A DNA stretch of 12,470 nucleotides, from contig CAZOYL010000076.1 in NCBI GenBank assembly GCA_964584035.1, positions 1 to 12,470 of the forward strand. The letters are read 5' to 3'. The notes beneath the pieces are model-generated. The model did no database searches and was not told the DNA's origin. It saw only the letters and a program-made list of their open reading frames with translations. Positions 8,488 through 12,470 of the stretch are shown here, piece by piece. Positions within the stretch are counted from its first letter, which is position 1. Each line of letters opens with the position of its first letter. A program made the translations under genes and the position numbers. This stretch comes from an uncultured Gemmatimonadota bacterium (lineage in GTDB: Bacteria; SM23-81).

Positions 8488-9597
8488 GACGCGATCTCCC
8501 CGGTGCCTCGGCTTCGGCCCGCGGGCCGAAGCCGGATTCCTCTGAGCCGCCTTCCCGATTGATAAACAGCGTCTGGGTGGGATAGGCGAACTCGATGCCC
8601 GCCTCTCTAAAACGCCGGTAGAGGGCCAGATTGATGGCCTGGTTTGTGTCCATATAGAGGTTATAGTCAGGATTTTTCACATAGTAGACCACCTCGAAGT
8701 TCAGCGAGAAATTCCCATACTCCTTGAAATGCGCCCGGTCGAAACGGGCCAGTTTCTGTCCCTCGACGATCTCCCTGATCATGCCGGGAATGGCCTTCAG
8801 CTTGTCGTGAGGGGTCTGGTAGACGACGCCCAACGAAAACAGCACCCGCCGCTCGAACATGCGCTTGTAATTGCGAATGCGGCTTTGCAGGAGTCATGGT
8901 TGCCAAAGACCAGCTGCTCGCCGGAAAGGCTCCGTACCCGGGTGGTCTTCAGGCCGATCTTTTCCACCGTGCCCATCAGATCGCCGACGATGATGAAATC
9001 TCCGATCACGAAGGGCTTGTCCAGAACGATCGACAGCGAGGCGAACAGGTCCCCGAGGACATTCTGAATCGCCAGCGCTACGGCGATGCCTCCGATGCCC
9101 AGGCCGGTCACCAGGGCGGTGATGTCGATTCCCAGGTTGTCCAGGATCAGCAGCAGCACCACCGACCACAGGGCCAGGCGGATGACGAAGCCCAGGGCGC
9201 CGAAGGTGGTCGCCGTGGCCGGGTCCTCTTTCAGCTTCCCTTTGCGGTACCGGTTGAGCCAGAAGGTGACCCCGCCGCCGGCCCAGATCGCGGCCTGCGT
9301 CAGCAGGGCGACGACGGCGATGGTGGAGAGCACCGTGTCCACCCTCTGGGGCAGCTCCACGATAAAGGTGGCCGCATACAGAGACACCAGCAACAGCAGC
9401 AGCCACTTGGTGCGCTTGATCAGATCGGCGATAAAGTCATCCACATCGGTGGCCGTCTTCTTGGCATAGGCGCTCAGCCGGCGCAGAATGACGCTGGTCA
9501 GAAGTTTGACCACGCCCATGACGCCGACTGCGACCAGCAAAGCCAGAAGCCAGGTGCCCACGGTATTCCCGTAAAAAGTGTGGTGCAAGATATTCAT
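8480..9597 (-). pseudogene. mscS: MscS-family small-conductance mechanosensitive channel, frameshifted near 8893 (true pseudogene or sequencing/assembly error); about 372 aa if repaired
   Basis: ATG 9597-9595 overlaps the otsB stop (ATGA). The first frame gives TM helices, GLGIGGIAVALAIQNVLGDLFASLSIVLDKPFVIGDFI and GTVEKIGLKTTRVRSLSGEQLVFGNHD, then nonsense to a stop at 8797. The second frame from 8893 gives LLQSRIRNYKRMFERRVLFSLGVVYQTP...FDRAHFKEYGNFSLNFEVVYYV...GIEFAYPTQTL. One extra C (GAC CTC CTG) restores the expected N.DLL.SRIRNYKRM motif. Confidence 0.9.
8509..8534. repeat. Perfect 26-bp palindrome CGGCTTCGGCCCGCGGGCCGAAGCCG (11-bp stem, 4-nt loop)
   Basis: The sequence equals its own reverse complement. 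It lies in the 3' tail of mscS, 8 nt upstream of the otsA SD on the mRNA. No U-tract follows on either strand. Confidence 0.85.
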
Positions 9598-10391
9598 TTG
9601 TGACCTCGTTGCGTGTGATCGTGCCAGCGGTTGAGAAAATCGAGCAGCTCGTCCGGCGGTCTCAGCCATACCTGAGCGTCCGTTGGACGGCGTGTTTTTC
9701 GGACCAGAATACTCAGTCCCCTTTTTCGGATGGCCCGAAAGGCGTCCTCATCGGTGCGGTCGTCGCCCAAATAGGCGGCCGCGGCTTCCGCCTCACTTTC
9801 CCGAAGAATGGTTTTGACCGCATCCCCCTTGTGGCGTCCCGGCACGCGCAGCTCCAGGCCGCCATCGAACTCGGTGACCAGCAGTCCGGTTTTTCGGGCC
9901 AGCCGGGACCAATGGGGTATGGCCTTCGCCCGAATCTTCTCGATTCCCTCCGGGCGGAGGCCCCGCCAGTGCAGCGCCAGGCAGCCCGGTTTCTGCTCGA
10001 CGCGATCCTCCAGGTTTTCCTTCTCCGCCCAACGGTCGGCCTCGGCCAGGCCCTGGAGAGCCCGTTCATCGAAAGGAAAGATTTCCTGGCGGCCGTCGGC
10101 ATGCCGGCGCTCCCAGCCGTGGGATCCCCAGATCTCGGGCAGTGGGTCCAGCCGCAGCAGGGGAATGAGATCCCTGGTCCATCGTCCGCTGATCATGACT
10201 ATCCGGGTGCGGCCGGACTTGAGGATGCGTTTCAGGATCGGCCGCACACCGGGGTAGGGCGTGGCCTGTTCCGGTTTGATGCGAAAGGGCGCCAGGGTCC
10301 CGTCATAGTCGAGCATCAGGACGCTCCGGGGCGCCTTTTCGAGAGAATGGAAAAAGGTGTTTAGGATCGTCGTCGCCTTTGCGGGCTGCAT
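9594..10391 (-). CDS. otsB: Trehalose-6-phosphate phosphatase (HAD IIB)
   Basis: HAD motif I LDYDGTLAP, motif II ISGR, GSHGWE, cap-domain ALHWR, motif III K in HKGDAV and motif IV YLGDDRTDEDAF. Clustered with otsA. Confidence 0.95.
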   Translation of the reverse strand: MQPAKATTILNTFFHSLEKAPRSVLMLDYDGTLAPFRIKPEQATPYPGVRPILKRILKSGRTRIVMISGRWTRDLIPLLRLDPLPEIWGSHGWERRHADGRQEIFPFDERALQGLAEADRWAEKENLEDRVEQKPGCLALHWRGLRPEGIEKIRAKAIPHWSRLARKTGLLVTEFDGGLELRVPGRHKGDAVKTILRESEAEAAAAYLGDDRTDEDAFRAIRKRGLSILVRKTRRPTDAQVWLRPPDELLDFLNRWHDHTQRGHK

Positions 10392-10448
10392 CGGGACCTG
10401 ATCGGAATGGGGAAGAATACGGTTCGAAGGATGAGCTGCACGAGGTTC

Positions 10449-11690
10449 TCAGCCCAGCTCAATGCGTTCCTCTACGCCGTGCAGCAAGGCCAGCATGAGG
10501 GTCAGATATTCCCGCAGGTGTCGCGTGATGAGGAAATTGTCCCGGACAAATCGCCTCGATTTATTGCCCATCTCCTTGAGCTTGTCGCGGTGATAGAGTA
10601 AATATCGGATGCGCAGGGCGGCACCTTCCGGGGTGCCGGCCAGAAAGCCGGTGTGGTGGTTGATGACCTGGATGCGGATGCCTCCGGTGTCGCCGCCCAC
10701 CACCGGCTTGCACTTCCACATGGCCTCGGTGACGGTCAGTCCGAAGCCCTCCTTGATCGATTTCTGCAGAACGATGTCGGCGGCTCGCTGCAGGGCGTTG
10801 ATGGTGCGGTGGGCGTCCCCGGGGAGGGCCAGCACGTGGATATCCTCGTCATCGGCTGCAGCTTCCCGAACCTCCTGAAGCACGATCTCTCCCTCGGGAT
10901 CGTCATCGGCCGTGCCGCCGGCCAGGACCAATTGCAGCGGGGGCACCGTTTTTTTCGCCATCCGGTAGGCCCGAATGACGCCCAGGGGATCCTTGAAACG
11001 GTCGAACCGGGACACCTGGACGATCACGGGCCTGTTCTGATCGATGGCGAACTTTTTACAGACCGCCTGGATCTCTCGCTTAGACATCTCCGCGTTCTTC
11101 TCGTGCAGGGGATCGATGCTGGGCGGTATCAGATAGATGGGGTGCGGAAGAGGCTGGGCGAAGGTGGCCAGTGAAAAGATGCTGGCGTCGTAGGAGACCA
11201 CGAAACGGCGCAGGTATTTCCATACCGGCCGGTAGGGTTTGCTGACGTCGATATGACAGCGCCAGATCCATTTTCCAGCCCGCTCGGGGAAGGAGGCGAT
11301 CAGGGCGGCGGGCTGAGGATCATGGATGAAGACCATGTCGGCGTCGGCGAGCGCCGGGGACAGTTTTTTGGCATTCCTGGCGTTGACCTGTTCATACCGC
11401 TGCAGCTGATTCTCATCGATCTCGACCTGATCACCCTGCATGGCATTGTGGAAGCTTTTGGTGGTATGGAAGAAATCCGCATCGCCGGTGATGGTCTCCC
11501 AGCTGGCATCGATGCCCAGCTCGTTCATGAAGGGGACCATTTTGTTGAGGATCTCGGCCACTCCGCCGCCCATGCGGGTGGAATTGACATGGACCACCCG
11601 TACGCCTTTGAGCCGCTGGGCCAGCTGGTGAAGGTGGTCGACCACATCCTGGCCGGCGATATTGGCATAGGCCTGGAGAGAAGTTCCCAT
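10449..11690 (-). CDS. treT: TreT-type trehalose glycosyltransferring synthase (GT4, trehalose synthase/phosphorylase-like)
   Basis: TreT motifs HVNSTRMGGGVAEIL, FFHTTKSFHNAMQG, IHDPQP, WIWRCHID, PPSIDP, QVSRFDRFKDP, DDPEG, EGFGLTVTEAMWK. 413 aa is typical for the family. Adjacent to a DUF5752 gene. Confidence 0.9.
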   Translation of the reverse strand: MGTSLQAYANIAGQDVVDHLHQLAQRLKGVRVVHVNSTRMGGGVAEILNKMVPFMNELGIDASWETITGDADFFHTTKSFHNAMQGDQVEIDENQLQRYEQVNARNAKKLSPALADADMVFIHDPQPAALIASFPERAGKWIWRCHIDVSKPYRPVWKYLRRFVVSYDASIFSLATFAQPLPHPIYLIPPSIDPLHEKNAEMSKREIQAVCKKFAIDQNRPVIVQVSRFDRFKDPLGVIRAYRMAKKTVPPLQLVLAGGTADDDPEGEIVLQEVREAAADDEDIHVLALPGDAHRTINALQRAADIVLQKSIKEGFGLTVTEAMWKCKPVVGGDTGGIRIQVINHHTGFLAGTPEGAALRIRYLLYHRDKLKEMGNKSRRFVRDNFLITRHLREYLTLMLALLHGVEERIELG

Positions 11691-11719
11691 AGGTATTGAG
11701 GCCGTTGAGAAAGATGAGG

Positions 11720-12385
11720 TTATGAGAAGTATTCGGTGAACAGATTGGCCAGTTCGGCGCGCAGCTCCGTCAGCGTTTGAAAATAGGGATCGATGGCGTT
11801 CATCCGGCCGATCAGGCCGCTGAATGCATCGCCGAATCCTTCCAGCCAGTATTGGAAATCGCTGGTCGCCCCGGGCGTTCGGCGGCGGGCGTCGATGTAG
11901 TGGTAGAAAATGCTGCCCACCGAGAGCCCCGGGATGATCCGTTTGAATTGTTTCGGCCGGGCGATCAGTTTATGGGTATCGAAGATGATGATCTGCGAGC
12001 GAATGAAGTCGAAACGTTCCTCTCTTTGAGCCCAGGAGAGGATCTCGCTCTCATCCATGCCTTCCTCCACCATCCGAATGATCTCCTGGCGCAGACCCTC
12101 AAGATCGGAGACCTCCGACGGATCGATCAGGCTGAGGCGTTCGGCCAGTTTCTTGTCGTGCAGGCTATGGGCCACCCAGGCGGCGAAATCGTTGTTGTAT
12201 TCTGGATCGTCGAAACGGGGCCGCAGCAGGCCGCCCCAGAAGTGATAATAAATGCTCCCGGGGTGCACGGTCAGCAGATTGTCCCGCAGGTCGCGAAGAT
12301 TATAGGCCCGCTGGCCGGTCGCGATGGCGATCAGGGCGCAATCCTTGATGGCGAAGGGCTCGTTTTGTCTCTGGGCGGAGGGCAC
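11720..12385 (-). CDS. DUF5752 family (OrfY-like) protein, partner of TreT; 221 aa
   Basis: Likely start is GTG at 12385-12383 with AAGGGAG SD and a 6-nt spacer, in frame with the listed ORF. Contains PFAIKDCALIAIATG, SIYYHFW, EYNNDFAAWV, LAERL..IDP and a second copy SIFYHY..SDFQYWL..IDP (internal duplication), directly upstream of treT. Confidence 0.85.
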   Translation of the reverse strand: MPSAQRQNEPFAIKDCALIAIATGQRAYNLRDLRDNLLTVHPGSIYYHFWGGLLRPRFDDPEYNNDFAAWVAHSLHDKKLAERLSLIDPSEVSDLEGLRQEIIRMVEEGMDESEILSWAQREERFDFIRSQIIIFDTHKLIARPKQFKRIIPGLSVGSIFYHYIDARRRTPGATSDFQYWLEGFGDAFSGLIGRMNAIDPYFQTLTELRAELANLFTEYFS

Positions 12386-12391
12386 GATGGG

Positions 12392-12398
12392 CTCCCTT
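12392..12398 (-). promoter_or_regulatory. Shine-Dalgarno site of the DUF5752 gene
   Basis: Minus strand reads AAGGGAG-CCCATC-GTG. Confidence 0.7.
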
Positions 12399-12470
12399 AA
12401 ACGTCGTCTAAGCGTCGTCGTCGATCTCAACCCTCGAACAGGGGTTTTTCCTGGCGCTGGAACCATTCCC

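Noticed and set aside
8480..8860. Separate 126-aa gene, or programmed frameshifting in mscS
   Set aside because: It is the C-terminal MscS domain, similarity extends upstream of its ATG to 8893, there is no SD, and no slippery heptamer or homopolymer run lies at the shift site.
9598..9669. N-terminal extension of mscS given in the ORF track (MAETAGRAA...)
   Set aside because: It overlaps the otsB 3' end. ATG 9597 has an ATGA overlap with the otsB stop and a GAGG upstream, so it is the better start.
227..12400. Numerous plus-strand ORFs, including 5022-6095 (357 aa), 7396-8274, 8896-9603, 9600-10364 and 11777-12400
   Set aside because: All are antisense to well-supported genes and show no recognisable motifs; long antisense ORFs are expected in GC-rich coding DNA.
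12429..12449. Small hairpin AACCCT-CGAAC-AGGGGTT running into a T-run on the plus strand
   Set aside because: The stem is short and bulged, and no plus-strand gene in the window would use it as a terminator.
12386..12466. N-terminal extension of the DUF5752 ORF from ATG 12466
   Set aside because: The extension looks non-coding (STTTLRRRLREP), while GTG 12385 has a good SD and begins just before the conserved-looking region.

Overview
GC-rich bacterial window in which every credible gene lies on the minus strand, packed like one operon. In transcription order (right to left): a DUF5752/OrfY-like protein (11720-12385), a TreT-type GT4 trehalose synthase (10449-11690), trehalose-6-phosphate phosphatase OtsB (9594-10391), an MscS-family mechanosensitive channel split by an apparent 1-nt deletion near 8893 (8480-9597), trehalose-6-phosphate synthase OtsA (6991-8487), a 2160-aa soluble protein of 14 PAS and 2 GAF-like domains with no recognisable output domain (483-6965), and the 5' part of a sodium:solute symporter missed by the ORF track (<1-445). 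The locus combines two trehalose routes with a solute-release channel and a solute importer, which suggests a compatible-solute/osmotic-stress module. The most unusual element is the giant sensor-only PAS/GAF array. All family calls come from reading motifs by eye; no database searches were run.
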